From the NCBI RefSeq assembly GCF_036971445.1, contig NC_091481.1:83328001-83392000 (forward strand): 64,000 bases of DNA, given 5' to 3'. The position numbers and the translations under genes were made by a program. Below are positions 12,109 through 24,800 of this stretch, one piece after another (position 1 is the first letter of the stretch; each line of letters begins with the position of its first letter). The stretch comes from Narcine bancroftii. Lineage: Eukaryota. The notes under the pieces are model-generated. The model saw nothing but the letters and a program-made list of their open reading frames with translations. It was not told the DNA's origin and ran no database searches.

Positions 12109-12920
12109 GGACGAGAGATTCAAAAAACAATACAAACTGGAGTCTTGGTCTTGGGAGATTTGGAGTTGGTGATGTACAAATTATTCCATCTGGAACCTGA
12201 GCAACAAATGTTTTTAATTTTCTAATTTACACGGATGTTGAACAATTGCAGTTGCTTCTTTGGAATGGATCCAGGGAGGGCGGGGGGGAAAAGGAAAAAA
12301 AAAAGGGAAGACTTTCTATCAAAATGCTGTTCAGGTTTTCATTCTGTCCATGAATTCACTTGGCTGCTGGCTGGAATCATGAGCTAACGATCGAAGGACT
12401 AAGGCTTGGCTAGGCTTTCAGACCCAATACATTGTCAGTTATCGGGGCTTACATTGCCTTCTGTACTCCAGTTCCACGCACTTGTGGGTTTGACTTAACA
12501 TGTTCAGCTTGATTATGGTTTAATGACTGAGAAATGTCCTCAACAATCACATATTTTATTAAAAAAGTTATCACATCTTTCATTTTTAAATCTTCTTTGC
12601 AAATAGGAACCATCCGAGGCTTGCTTCAACCATCAGTGGAAACATATTTAAGGGCACTGCTGTTAAACTGGAATCTTTGCAAATCAAAATTAATTTTAAA
12701 TGCGATTCCTACCATTGTAGCAATGGCTACCCTTCAGAGAAATTTATAACTACATTGGAAAATGAAAGGATTAATGTCACCTGATGAGAGACACACAGTC
12801 AAGCTGCTTACCTGCGAGGTTCCTCAGAACTGCTGTCAAAAAAAAGTGTGAAACAGACCTTTTGGCAAATCAGCTAAAGCCTGTGATTATTAACAATGAA
12901 AGTGTGAACATAAACACGGG
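12109..12920 (+). other. SPTBN4: Probable SPTBN4 3' UTR
   Basis: About 800 bp after the stop with no recognisable repeats, and an ATTAAA near 12558. The end position is uncertain. Confidence 0.5.
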
Positions 12921-13149
12921 CAGGAGCAGAGCACACACATGTGCTGGAGAAACTCAGCAGGTCACACACATCCATAGGAATCCAATGTTTTCAGGCCACG
13001 GACCTTGATGAAGGGCCCAGGTCCGAAACTGTGGCGACCCTTCTGATTGGATGCTGCTTGGCCTACCGAGTTTCTCCTGCACTTTTGTGTATTGCCCTCG
13101 GCCCCCAGCACCTGCAGACCTCCTGGTTCATCTCGAGGAGCCACCAACC

Positions 13150-14790
13150 AGGGTCCAATGCTGTGGCCGTTACAGAGTCTCGGCTAAAGGGTGGATGTCA
13201 TTGGAAGCTGAATGCCATGGATACATGGCAGTATCACAGGGATTGGCGGGGAGGTGGAGGGGGAGGACTGGTGGTAAGCAACAATATTAAGTCATTAGAA
13301 AGAAGGGACATAGAATCAGAAAGGTTGAGTTAAGGAAATGGTGAAGGTAAAAGAACACTAATGACAATTTTATACAGGCCCCCATTCAACAGCCAAAGTG
13401 CAGGTTATAAAATACAAGGCCCGTCAGAAGGACATGGGGGATTTTAACATTAAAGTAGATTGGGGAAGGCAGGTTGGTGCAGGATCCCAGGAGCAAGAGT
13501 TTGTGGAATGCCTATGGGATGGCTTCTTGGAGCAGCTCGTTGATGAGCCCACTGGGGGATGGGCTGTTCTGGATTGGGTTCTATGTAATGAACCAGAGGT
13601 GATTAGGAGAGATTAAAGGTAAAGGAACCCTTAGAAAGCATTGATCGCAATAGGACTGGTTCACTTTGAAATTTGAAAAGGAGAAGCCAAAGTCCAATGT
13701 GTTGGCATTTCAGTGGAGTAAAGGAAATTACAGTCGCACGAGAGAGGAACTGGCCAAAGAGGATTGGAGGGAAAAAAAAACCACGAATGGGGAAGGCAGC
13801 GGATTAGCGATGGCTGGAGTTTCTGCACGAAATGAGGAAAGTGCAGGGTAACACACCACAAAGAAAGAAAATTGTGGCCAACAAGGGAAGTTAAAAGCAA
13901 AAAGCAAAAGAGAGGGCAAACAAGGAAGCAAAAATTAGTGGGAAGATTGAGGACCAGGAAACTTTTTAAAGAAGACAACCAAGGCGGCGATTAGGAAGGA
14001 ATAGACGAATTATGAAAGAAGGATAGCAATTGCAGTAATAGCAAAGAATATACTAGAAGCTTTTTAAAATATATAAAGAATGACCAGAGTAGACACAAGA
14101 CCGATAAAAATAATTACACGAGAGAAATTGTAATGGGAGACAAGGAGATGGCAGGGGAAGTGAATGAATATTTTAGATCAGTCTTCACTAGCAGACCGGA
14201 CTCTCGTGGCCCTCTCAGAAGAGAGGGCAGTACTTGGGAAGCTAAATGGTTTAAGGGTAGATAAATTTCCCAGTCTGGATGGAATACATCCTCTGGTTCA
14301 GAGGCAGGCAGCTGCAGAGATTGTGGAAACATGGGTAATAATCTTCCAAGACTCAAATGGAGTCTGGAGGATTGCGAAAGCCAGTCTGTTGTACAAGAAG
14401 GGACGTGGAAGCTGTGGAGAGGGTGCAGAGGAGATTTACCAGGATGTTATCTGGATTGGAAAATAACTCTTATGAGGCAAGGTTAGCAGACTTTTTTTCC
14501 CCCCTTTGGAGCGAAGGAGGATGAGAGGAGACTTGATAGAGGTCTACAAGATTATGAGAGGCATAGATAGGGTGGACAGTCAGCACCTGTTTCCCAGGGC
14601 AGGAATAGCCAACACCAGAGGACATGAGATCAAAGTGAAGGGAAGTTCAGGGGAAACATCAGGGGTAAGTTTTTGAAAAAAGTTGTGGGGGCCTGGAATG
14701 CCTTTCCCAGGGATGGTAGTGGAGGCTGAAACATCAGGGGCATTTAAAGAGTCTCCGAGACAGGAACTTGGATGGAAGTAAAATAGAGGG
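13150..14790 (+). mobile_element. Degraded CR1-clade LINE (APE endonuclease and RT fragments, large internal deletions)
   Basis: GDFNIKVDW, FLEQLVDEPT and RTRGH-type motifs in broken frames. Confidence 0.85.
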
Positions 14791-15180
14791 TTATGGTGTA
14801 GGGAGGAGGAGTAGTGGGAGTTGGCCATCCAGCCTGTCGAGCCTGTGCCACCATTCAATGTGATCGTGGCTAATCTGATGAATGGCTCATATTCACCTTC
14901 CTGCTTTCCCAACCCCCCCAAAAAAATCCTTTATTTTTCTTAATGGTGTGTTTAAAAAATATCCAACCTTATCTTAAATACATTTACTGAAGTCGCCTCC
15001 ACTTTGTCAATGGGTAGCGAATCCCACAGATTCACCACCCGCCCCCCCACCGGGAAAAGTAGTTCCTCCTCATCTCCGACCTAAATCTACTCCCCTGGAT
15101 CTTGAGGCCATGTCCCCTAGTTCTAGTCTCCCCCACCCATGGGAACAACTTACCCACCTCTAACTCATCTAAACCTTTCA

Positions 15181-16920
15181 TAGGAAGTAGGAACAGGAGT
15201 CGGCCAAAAATGGCCCATCGAGCCTGCTCCGCCATTCAATACGATCATGGCTGATCTCATTTATGACCTAACTCCACCTACCTGCCTTCTCCCCATATCC
15301 CCTAATTCCTCTATCATGTAAAAATTTATCTAACCGAATTTTAAATATGTTTAATGAGGCAGCCTCAACCACTTCCCTGGTTAGAGAATTCCAAACATTC
15401 ACTACTCTCTGGGAAAAACTATTTTTCCTCATCTCAGTCCTAAATCTACTCCCCCGAATCTTGAGACTGTGTTCTCTCGTTTTAGTTTCCCCGGCCAGCT
15501 CAAAAAACCTTCCTACATCTATCCTATCCATACCTTCCATAATCCTATATGTTTCTATAAGATCTCCTCTCATTCTTCTGAACTCGAGCGAATACAATCC
15601 TAGACAATTTAATCTTTCATCACAAGTCAACCCCTTCATCCCAGGGATCAACCTAGTAAACCTCCTCTGGACCGTCTCCAAAGCCAGTACATCCTTCCTC
15701 AAATATGGAGACCAGAACTGGACACAGTACTCCAGGTGCGGTCTCACCAGTACCTTATACAGTTGCAACATTACCTCCCTACTCCTGAATTCAATTCCTC
15801 TCACGATGAAGGCCAACATTCCATTTGCCTTCTTAATAACCTGCTGCACCTGCAAGCTAACTTTTTGAGATTCATACACAAGCCCTCCCAAGTCCCTCTG
15901 CACAACAGCATGCTGTAATTTTTCACCCTTTAAATAATATTCAGCTCTTTTATTTTTCTTGCCAAAGTGGATAACCTCACACTGACTAACATTGTACTCC
16001 ATCTGCCAGACCTTTGCCCACTCATCCAGCTTAACTCTATCCCTCTGTAGACTCTCCACATCCTCATTACAATTTGCTCTTCCACTCAATTTGGTGTCAT
16101 CCGCAAACTTGGCGACACCACATTTTGTCCCCTCCTCCAAGTCATCAATGTAAATGATGAACAGTTGTGGGCCTAACACCGACCCCTGCGGCACCCCACT
16201 TACCACTCTCTGCCAACCTGAAAAACTCCCACTTATCCCGACTCTCTGCCTCCAGTCAGACAACCAATTTTCAATCCAGGCCAATAGCCTTCCCCGGACT
16301 CCACTTTCCTGTAACTTACTGAGAAGTCTCTTGTGTGGCACCTTATCAAACGCTTTCTGGAAATCCAAATATACAACATCAACCTGTTCCTCTCTATCCA
16401 CCGCACCCATTATATCCTCAAAGAATCCTAACAAGTTTGTCAAACAAGATCTTCCCTTTCTAAAACCATGCTGCGTCTGCCTGATTGAACCCTTACGTTC
16501 CAAAAGTTTCACTATTTCATCTTTAATGACGGCTTCAAGCATTTTTCCAACCACGTTAAGCTAATTGGCTGATAATTTCCAGTCTTCTGCCTACATCCCT
16601 TCTTAAAAAGTGGCGTGACATTTGCTGTCTTCCAGTCTGCTGGGACCTGCCCAGAATCCAAGGAATTTTGGTCTATGACCACCAATGCATCAACTATAAT
16701 TTCTGCCATTTCCTTCAGAACCCTTGGATGCATATCATCAGGACCAGGTGATTTGTCTGGCTTTAGTCCCATTAGTTTCTCCATCACTACTTCCTTTGTA
16801 ACAACTATTTTATCAAGGCCCTCCCCAACATTCACATCCTTAACTCCGCACTTGGGCATGCTGGACATGTCTTCCACCATGAAGACTGACACAAAATATT
16901 TGTTTAATGCCTTGGCCATT
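15181..16920 (-). mobile_element. Young 5'-truncated CR1 LINE with near-intact RT, nested in an older CR1 (14790-15180 and 16921-17295)
   Basis: 428-aa ORF with QHGFRKGRSCLTNL, YLDFQKAFDKVPH, GVPQGSVLGP and KFADD. One frameshift near 16552 separates it from the upstream KSPGPD ORF. Host CR1 sequence resumes on both sides. Confidence 0.93.
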
Positions 16921-17349
16921 GTATACATTTTGCTCAGATCCCCTCTCATTCTTCTAAATTCCAGCGAGTACAGTCCCAGACAACCACTTTCTCTTCATAG
17001 GCCGGCCCCCTCATCTCTGGAATCAACCTGGTGAACCTCCTCTGCACCACCTCCAAAGCCAGTCCATCCCTCCTCGAGTAAGGAGGCCAGAACTCCACAC
17101 AGATGCGGCCTCAGCAGGACCTTGGACAGTTGCAGCAGACCTCCCTGCCCCCAAATTCAACCCCTCCAGCAAATGAAGGCCAACGTTCCATTTGCCTTCT
17201 CGACAGCCAACCTTTCACGATTCTTGCACAAGCACTCCCAAAGTCCTTCTGCGCAGGAGCAGGCTGCAATCGTTTGCCATCTAAATAATATTCTGATCGA
17301 ACTTGAGGCAAGGAGAAATTTCTTCATGGCTGGAGACTAGAACTCTGAA

Positions 17350-17555
17350 TCAAGGAGGTAGATGAGGACAGAAAACTAGCAGAGCAGCCTCAAATAGCTG
17401 AATATCCTTATTCTGTTCGTATCTGGACAGTTTTCCCAATAAAATTCTGCAATTCTCTGGCCGTCCCCCATCAGATTCTCTGGCCAGAAACGGTTGAATG
17501 TATTGGTTACAATCAAAGGCCACAAACTCATTGAATCCCAGTTTATCCCTGAATT
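17350..17555 (-). CDS. Candidate terminal exon of an unidentified minus-strand gene
   Basis: Non-repeat sequence. CATATACAG acceptor, 67 sense codons (FRDKLGFNEFVAFDC...FEAALLVFCPHLPP) then TGA. Phase 1 matches exon 17865-17972. Confidence 0.45.
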
Positions 17556-17864
17556 CTGTATATGCAGGCGTAGTGGACAGCCCCAGAAATTCCACCTTAA
17601 ATTGTAGGTTTTCACCATACCCTTTGTATAAGGCAAACCCCCCCCCCCCCACCAAAAAACCTGGCAATTACCACTGACCAGTCGATGCTGTTAAAAACAA
17701 ATCACAATATTTTAATAACATTATTATTTAAATTTTATTTGGATATTCCAAAACAAAGCACTGCTGGCTTCTGTAACAGGCTGTTTAAAGCCTGTACCCA
17801 ACTGGCAGCAGTCAGACCAGGCGGATGGACCCTGGGGGGGGGGGCGGTGGGAGGATGCCCTCAC

Positions 17865-17972
17865 TCAGCTGATAATGGGGCAAGCACGAGATTGTATCAG
17901 GAGCCAGCAAGAAGATGCCGTGGTGTTGGGATTGCACCATCAAGGTTTGGATTTTAGACAAGGTCAGATATT
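17865..17972 (-). CDS. Candidate internal exon of the same gene
   Basis: TGTGCAG acceptor and GTGAGG donor, 108 nt. The only open frame is phase 1 to 1 (YLTLSKIQTL...LPHYQL). Confidence 0.4.
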
Positions 17973-18434
17973 CTGCACAGAATGATTTCCCACCTTTAAA
18001 GGGTTTTCATTGCCTACAAAGGTGTGTGGCATACTTACCTGAACAAATGCAACTGATACAATGCTCCAAAACCCAACAATCTCAAGTTCATGGTCATCTG
18101 ATTGTACATAGAACCTGACAAACCAATGCATCTCTGGACCCTAAAACATACTGACACACAATAGGGTTCTTCAACAATCTCACCGCCTGTGGGAAGAAAC
18201 TATTTCCCAGCCAGTCAATCTGGCTTTTTACGCTCCTGCACCCCTTCCTTGAAGCTACTGTCACAAAGATACTGTGGGCTAGGTCCTCACCGATTCGGAG
18301 CCCTCTAACTATTATCATTAATGAAATATCACTGGGGTCTCCCTTCCCTCTTTTTTTTTAAATATAAAAAAGAATATCACTGGGGTCTCCCTTCCCTTTT
18401 TTTTTAAAAAAAAAACATCATCCTCAGTACTGAC

Positions 18435-18485
18435 CTGATCCATTCCCAATTATGATTCAGCCAACAAGGACACTCCGTTGTTCTC
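18435..18485 (-). CDS. Candidate 51-nt exon (RTTECPCWLNHNWEWI)
   Basis: TTCGACAG acceptor and CAG|GTCAGT donor. One open frame, phase 2 to 2. Confidence 0.35.
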
Positions 18486-19151
18486 CTGTCGAAAGTTGAT
18501 AGGATGGGGGTCGGTAGCCTTGCCCTCTTCAACCTCCTGAGGAAGTGTAGGTGCTGTTGCCCCTTCCTGACCAAGGAGGGGGTGTTGTGTTCCCCACTCC
18601 CTCTATGACGGAGCCATTGATACAGTAGGGAGTGGTCCTTCTGAAGTCCACAATCATCTCCTTTGCCTTGTCCACTCTGAGTGACTGTTTGTTACTCCTG
18701 CACGAATGTACAAGCCTTTCATCCTCGTCTCTGCAAGCTGACTCAGTGTTGCTGAGGATTGCTTGCGCACTGGGATTAGAAGCAGCAGAAATGGCCCGCG
18801 CCTGCTTCAGCAGTAACTCCCATCCACAACCATCAAGAAGGACAAAGGTTTGTAGACATGTGGGAATTCCAAAGTTCCTTTTAAAACAATATAAATTTAG
18901 ACATACAACACAATCACAGTCCATTTCGGCCCAAGAGTCCATGCCGCCCAATTACCCCTGGTAAGTTTTGAACAGTGGGAGAAAACTGGAGCCACCCCCC
19001 CTTCCCCCGGAAAACCCATGCAGACACAAGAACATACAAACAGCGCCAAATTCGAACACCGGTCCCGATCCCTGGCACTGTAACGGCGTTGAGCCAACTG
19101 TGCTGCCCCCATTCTCCTCCAAGTTGCATCCCCACTTCCAACATATATCAC

Positions 19152-19260
19152 CATTCCTTCGTCAATAGAGAACCTGGAACTTCCTGCCACACCAGGGAGA
19201 GTTCCTTCACTGACCGAGCTTGCAGAACAAGATCAATGCTGTCCAAACCAGTGATACATC
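19152..19260 (-). CDS. Candidate exon (CITGLDSIDLVLQARSVKELSLVWQEVPGSLLTKE)
   Basis: Strong TTTTATCATTCCTCAG acceptor and GTGATA donor. The phase-2 end joins in frame to an acceptor at 18877 (W-NFGIPTCLQTFVLLDGCGWELLLKQ). Confidence 0.45.
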
Positions 19261-19471
19261 CTGAGGAATGATAAAAGGTAAGATTAATTACAGTAAAAGT
19301 CCAAAAATTCAGATGCCAGGAATTTATATACATATTAAAAACTTTCAATTAGTCGGGCTTTTGTGTGCGTGCATAAGCGCCACAAATGCACCGCGGCAAC
19401 AAGCAACCACATTTATTGGCAAGTGTTGACTTCATTTTTCTTTAAAGCTGCTTATTTTGAAAAAACAAAGT

Positions 19472-19774
19472 TGTAGTGGGCCAAGTGACTGCGCGGTTGG
19501 ACAGGCCAAATCACCGCCCAAGTCGTCCAACAAGATGGCGCAGGCCCCCCTTCCAAGGAGAAGCCTGGGGGACAGCGCCACTTCCAATGTGGCATGCCAC
19601 TGGATGGGGAGCGACGTGCTGATGTCACTTCCCAAGGCCAGCCCAACCCTCACAAGAAGTGGGCGGTCTCCTCGAGGAGCCTGAGGAATTCAAGAATAAA
19701 GTTCAGTTACTGGTTCACCTCGTGCTGTGTGGACGTCTCTCATTTTGGTAGCGCTGCTGTTAGCGGACGCTGCA
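19472..19774 (+). mobile_element. Probable solo LTR (GC-rich)
   Basis: TGTAG...TGCA termini, CAAGATGGCG motif and internal AATAAA. Same layout as the TSD-verified LTR at 42863. No clean TSD here. Confidence 0.55.
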
Positions 19775-20008
19775 GTGTGCTATATTCGCCAATGAATAAA
19801 TAATCAAAACTTAGCTGTTCATCTCTTTATTCCTTCTTAAATTTTTTTTATTTTTATTAAGTATTTCCCAAGAATCTGGACTGACCCAATCCCCGAGCAA
19901 TCTAGATTTTCGGAAAGCTACTGTACTCACGTTTGAGTGAATCATCATCTAATTGTACAGCGTTGGTCTGCACAACACACAGCACATATTATGTATAATA
20001 CATAAATA

Positions 20009-20366
20009 CCATATATTTCAACATACAAGTTGACTGGCAAATAGGTCCACCCTTTTTTTAAAGCCTCATTTTAATGGTATATACGGTGTACAAGCCTATC
20101 CCCATTTTAAAAAACCCACCCTCCCCTCCCCGGCCTACCAGGCAGTGACAGCCCACGGAGCTGGAACGGCAACAGAAACCTCGGCCTACCAGGTAGGGGC
20201 ATTATGGTGGTGCCCAGCAGTGGGGAGGGGTTTCTTACATTGACCTAAAGGCCGAATTGACATCAATCTGGTTCCCCCCACCCAGTGAATTCAAGGCCTC
20301 AAAAGTAGATCTGGTGTACAAGTCGACCCCCATTTTTTACGACTAGATGTACGCTGAAATGTATGG
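20009..20366. mobile_element. Tc1/mariner-superfamily MITE
   Basis: Imperfect terminal inverted repeats CCATATATTTC / GAAATGTATGG, flanked by TA on both sides. Confidence 0.65.
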
Positions 20367-21251
20367 TACATCATGCAAATAATCTGGGATGATTTACTCA
20401 GTTACGAGGACACTTCAATCTCACCACCTGCAGGAAGAAGCCATTTCCCCATCCTGATTTTGATGCTCTTCTATCTCCTTGATAGTGGGTCAGAGACCGT
20501 GCGCTGGATGGATACTTTATCTAACGATAAGCTCACTCCTACAAATCAATCACATTCCATGTTATTAAATCTCATATTTAATTAAAACTGCTTTAATCTT
20601 TCACCTACTGCCTTTGTGTATCATTCCACTTTAATGAAATGCCTCTTCCAATTAATAATGCCCCCCCCCCACCCCCACCCCCCCAGAGATGCCATTCCAT
20701 ACACTAATATTTCTGGACTGGATGTGAACCCCTTCATCGCAAAAGTCCACGATAGTTCCAAGATGATCTGTTTCGTGACGACTGTTTCCAGCATTTCTTC
20801 CTTGGGCTCGTTAGATTAGAAATAAGGAGCACACATTTATTTCGAGGAGGAAGGATTTATTCCCGACAGGCAGTGACATGTTCCTATGCTCTGGGTCAGC
20901 CACTCTCAACTTTTTTTTTTGGCTACGCCCCCTCTTCACCCACCACCCCCCCCCCCTCCACCCCTTGGATCTCTGCACAAAGTTTATGGGCCCCCTTCCC
21001 TGTGAAGCAGTCAGGTTTGGTTGGTTTCTGCCGACCGACTAAACAAAAATTTGTATGATTTCAGTCCGTGCCTCCCCCCCACATTAAGTCCTCATGGGAG
21101 GGTGGGGGTCATACAACCCCCACTGAGAATGGCTGCCCTAGAGAACTGTGGGGGCAGTTACAAAGCATGCAATACAGATGCTAGACGGATTCTTGGACTG
21201 TTGAGCTCAAGGACTCAAGATCTTTAACTGGTGTAGTGGACCAATACTTAC

Positions 21252-21826
21252 ACAGCACAGGGATGTGTTAATGCTGGAAGTCTGCAGCGAGAACTCTGAA
21301 CTGTACACCGAAGGGCAAGCAACGTTTCAAGCGAGTGGCTTTCAGAACAGGAGACTTTGCAAGATAGAGAGAGGAAGATCGAATAAATGGAGGTGATCAG
21401 AAAAGTAAACTAACAAAAGATTAGTTTGCAGGCAGTGTAGATACAAGGTTCTTGTATCTACACCACCTTCTACATGGGACTTTAACTGCCTGGTTTTTTA
21501 AAACCCCGACCACGTTACAATTTATTTTGTCCTCACTTTCTATGCAACAAGAATACATTTGCTCACCACACACCAGGTTTGGGTGAAGAGTGTGAGGACA
21601 CGGAGGCAGCTTTGAACAGTTACTGTTTAATAACACACTTTCCCAATTGTATGCACAGAAACATGACTCACATTTCTTCCTCCCCCCGCCCCCCCCCCCG
21701 CCCAATATATCCACCTTCATCCCCTAGATGCTTCTCTGTAACCTCTGGTGACAATCCCACACAGTTTCATCAGTATTGACAGTTTGCAAACAACAGGGTC
21801 TGGCTCACAGTTTCTGTCCTCACAGC
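21252..21826 (-). pseudogene. Three candidate Cys-rich exons (21715-21826, 21567-21622, 21252-21354); the first has an in-frame stop
   Basis: Canonical AG/GT ends (donors GTGGAT, GTGAGC, GTAAGT). Phases chain 1-2, 2-1, 1-2, giving CEDRNCEPDPVVCK...G*S-NCSKLPPCPHTLHPNLVC-VSCSESHSLETLLALRCTVQSSRCRLPALTHPCA. Confidence 0.35.
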
Positions 21827-21962
21827 CTGCCAGCCAAAAACAGACCCATTTATTCCAGTTTATTATCTGACTGTACATACAAACCAACAACAGTATTTAA
21901 GGACTCTTTTGCGCTTTATTAATTTTTTATGAATTGCATAGTTTGTTCACATTTCTTTATTT

Positions 21963-22920
21963 TGTTACTACCCCAGAGGACCCCAAAACCAATAGACATT
22001 CACCAAGACAAATGGTTACTTAAACAAAAGTTTATTTTAATTATCTTCAAACATGAAAACAGAATCACACTTTAACTTAACACTATTGACTTAACTAACC
22101 TAACTTAACCCCCTTCTAATTCTAAGCACACAAGTATGTAATGTGTGTAATGTGTGTGTAAGTTCAGAAAAGTTCTTTGGTTCATAATCCAATCTCACTT
22201 CTCATTCCTCCAGGTTCACTGGTTGCAGGCAATTCTTAGACTGTGCACAGAATTTAACATTTATAAAGTTCACCAGGCTTTGGTGCTTGAATGGTAAATG
22301 GTTACCGCTCAGGAAGGTTCTTGTCAGTTTTCAGAGAGAGTACAATGTTGTACGATGGACACCCGGCCACTTCAGGGTCTTGCCGACGAAACTTGCCCCC
22401 TCAGGGTTCTCCAGATGATAACCTCTTTCTTTCAGGTCACCGCAGAATGCATTTTTTGTTTCTCTTCTTCCAAGTGAAACATTAGACAGCCAGTCCTCTC
22501 CTCTTGCATGAGCCACAAGGGCTTTGACCAGGCTGAACTATGCACTCACAACCAATGTTCCAGTCCCAGTTTCTACCTGTAACACTGTTGAAGTGATCTT
22601 TGTCTCTCTCTCTCTCTCTCTGTGAGAGAAAGCCTGTTTGACTCTCTCTGCTTGCAAAACCACATGACCCTCTTAGAACAGCATTCCCCTCCAGAAAGAA
22701 GGCAGCTCTGACAAGCTCTTTCACCTGTTGCCTTTTTGTAAGCAACAATCCATAGTGAAGTCTCTTGGGCACTCTGCAAAGCTCTTGCAAAGGCTCTGAG
22801 GCCCTGACACGTCTAACATTAGCAGAGCTCCAGTATTTCAAATCTGATCTGTTTTAAAGTGTTTGTATGTGACCAACTCTTTCCCAATTTATCTCCCAAA
22901 AATATATACATGTTGTCACA
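21963..22920 (-). mobile_element. Solo LTR (958 bp, Gypsy-type)
   Basis: TGTTAC...GTCACA termini with a 4-bp target-site duplication ATTT (21959-21962 and 22921-22924). Confidence 0.85.
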
Positions 22921-23388
22921 ATTTGTTTGCTTGCATACAGTTTATTTTTGCTCTACCAAAAAGTGGCAATTCTGCCTTGCCCGTAAGAAAAAGAATCTCA
23001 AGGTTGTATGTGATGTCATGTTTGTACTTTTAAATTTAGACATACAGCAAGTTAACAGGCCACTTCGGCCCACAAGTCTGTGCCGCCCAATTTATACCCC
23101 ACTAACCTACTCCCCTGGGAGGTTTTGAACAGTGGGAGGAAACACACAGACACAAGGAGAACTTAAGCTCCTGGAAGATCGGATGGGATTCAAACCCCAG
23201 ACCCAATCACTGGCAGTGTAAAGGCATGATGCTATCTGCTCTGCCAACCGTGCTGCTCTCTGACAATGCATCAGAAATAATTTCTGTGGATTGTGGGACA
23301 CACACAATAATCACAAATATGTTGAAATATTTCGGGATGATTTAGTCCAGTGGTTTTAAGATCCAGGAAAACATTCATCCATCTATTG

Positions 23389-23758
23389 CAGTGGTTCCCA
23401 ACCTTTTTCTTCCAACTCACATTCCACTTTAAGTAATCCCTATGCGATCGGTGCTCTGTGATTAGAAAGGGATTAAGGTTGTACATGAGTTGGAAGGGGA
23501 GGTTGAGAATCTCTGCTCTAGACCCAATTGTTACTGGAATATTTTGCTTGAGAAAAATGGTCATTGGCCTATTTCCTTTGGAGTCCTGAAACCCTGCACA
23601 TAACGAGTCCATGAGGGACGATTAAAACAGTGGTTTTCAAACTTTTTTTCCCCACCACATCCCACCTTAAGCAATCCATTACTAATCACAGAGCACCTCT
23701 AGCATAGGGATTACTCAAGGTGGAATGTGAGTTTCGGGGGTCAGTTTGAAAACCACTG
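23389..23758. mobile_element. hAT-like MITE built from two ~130-bp internally palindromic units
   Basis: CAGTGGTT...AACCACTG termini. Related copies at ~7900-8161, 8871-9031, 42400-42530 and 50629-50760. Confidence 0.7.
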
Positions 23759-23769
23759 ATTTAATTGGT

Positions 23770-24800
23770 TACGGGATATCAATCTCATGGCCTGTGGGAA
23801 GAAGCCATTTCCTGGCCTGTCCGTTCTAATTGATGATGGTGAATTAAAGATACTGTATACAAAATGGAAAAGTCTAGAGTTCTTTCAGCCCTATTTAAGC
23901 ACTGCTCCCGGTGAATGTCATCAATGGAGAAAGGGAGACCTCAGTGACCTGCTCGGATGTTTTGATGATTCCCTGCACTGACTTCCGGTCTGATGTTTTG
24001 CATCCCACACCATGCAGCCGGACAGGACACTCAATGGTGCTCCTCTAAATGTTGTCAATACGATGGGGCTGCCTCCTCAACCTCCTTGGGAAGTGTAGTC
24101 GCGGCTGCACCTTCTTGACCAATGGGAAAATGTTGTGGGTCTGTTATGTGCACACTGCAGAACTTTGTGTCCCCCACTCTCTCCACAATGAAACCATTGA
24201 TATGCAGTGGAGAACAATCAAACTTTAATCTCCTGAAGTCCACCATCATCATCTCCTTGTCCACGCCGAGATTCAGGTTGTTCTTCCACCATTTTATAAG
24301 CCCTTCAACCTCCTCTGTGCAACGCAACTCATCGTTGTTGATGGTCAGGCCAACCACTGTTGTGTCATCCGCAAACGGTTGGAGCGGAATCCGGCAGTGG
24401 GGACACGAGTCAGTAGCAGGAGCAGCAGGATGAACACACAGCCCTGAGGTGAGCCAGTGCTCGAGGTGATGGGGCTGGAAGTTTTTCTGCCAACCCGGAC
24501 AGACTATGGTCTTTCAATTGAAAAGTCCAGTCATAGAGAGGGGTACCGAGTTCCAGAGAGGACAGTTCATCCACCAGCCTCTATGGTACGACAGTGTTAA
24601 ACGCCAAGCTGCAGTCAATGAACAACAGCCTGGCACACGAGGCATTATTCTACAGGAGGGTGAGGATGGACCAGAGGGTCAAGGCTATGGCATCATCTGT
24701 GAACTGGTTTGGACAGCAGGCAAACTGGAATGGGTCCAACGTTGCTGGAAGGTGCAATATGATGCATCCAATCACCAGCCGCTCAAAGCACCATGGTCGT
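23770..24800 (-). mobile_element. Rex1/Babar-type LINE RT fragment
   Basis: FADDTTVVG and NNLNL.VDK.KEM.VDFRR motifs on the minus strand. Confidence 0.8.

Noticed and set aside
15268-16554. Domesticated reverse-transcriptase gene
   Set aside because: Ordinary 5'-truncated CR1 with a frameshift and typical tail, nested in another CR1.
18031-18041. ATACTTACCTG as a U1 snRNA gene
   Set aside because: Only 11 nt match and there is no U1 body. It is better explained as a perfect minus-strand splice donor.
18326-18410. 47-bp tandem duplication as a CRISPR-like or regulatory repeat
   Set aside because: Only two units, derived from Rex-type sequence next to T/A runs. It looks like slippage.
19472-19774. 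CpG-rich host-gene promoter with a YY1 motif
   Set aside because: TG...CA ends and an internal AATAAA fit an LTR, and no associated first exon was found.
20373-20380. Additional octamer ATGCAAAT
   Set aside because: No TATA element or exon 1 nearby, and a chance 8-mer is expected in 64 kb.
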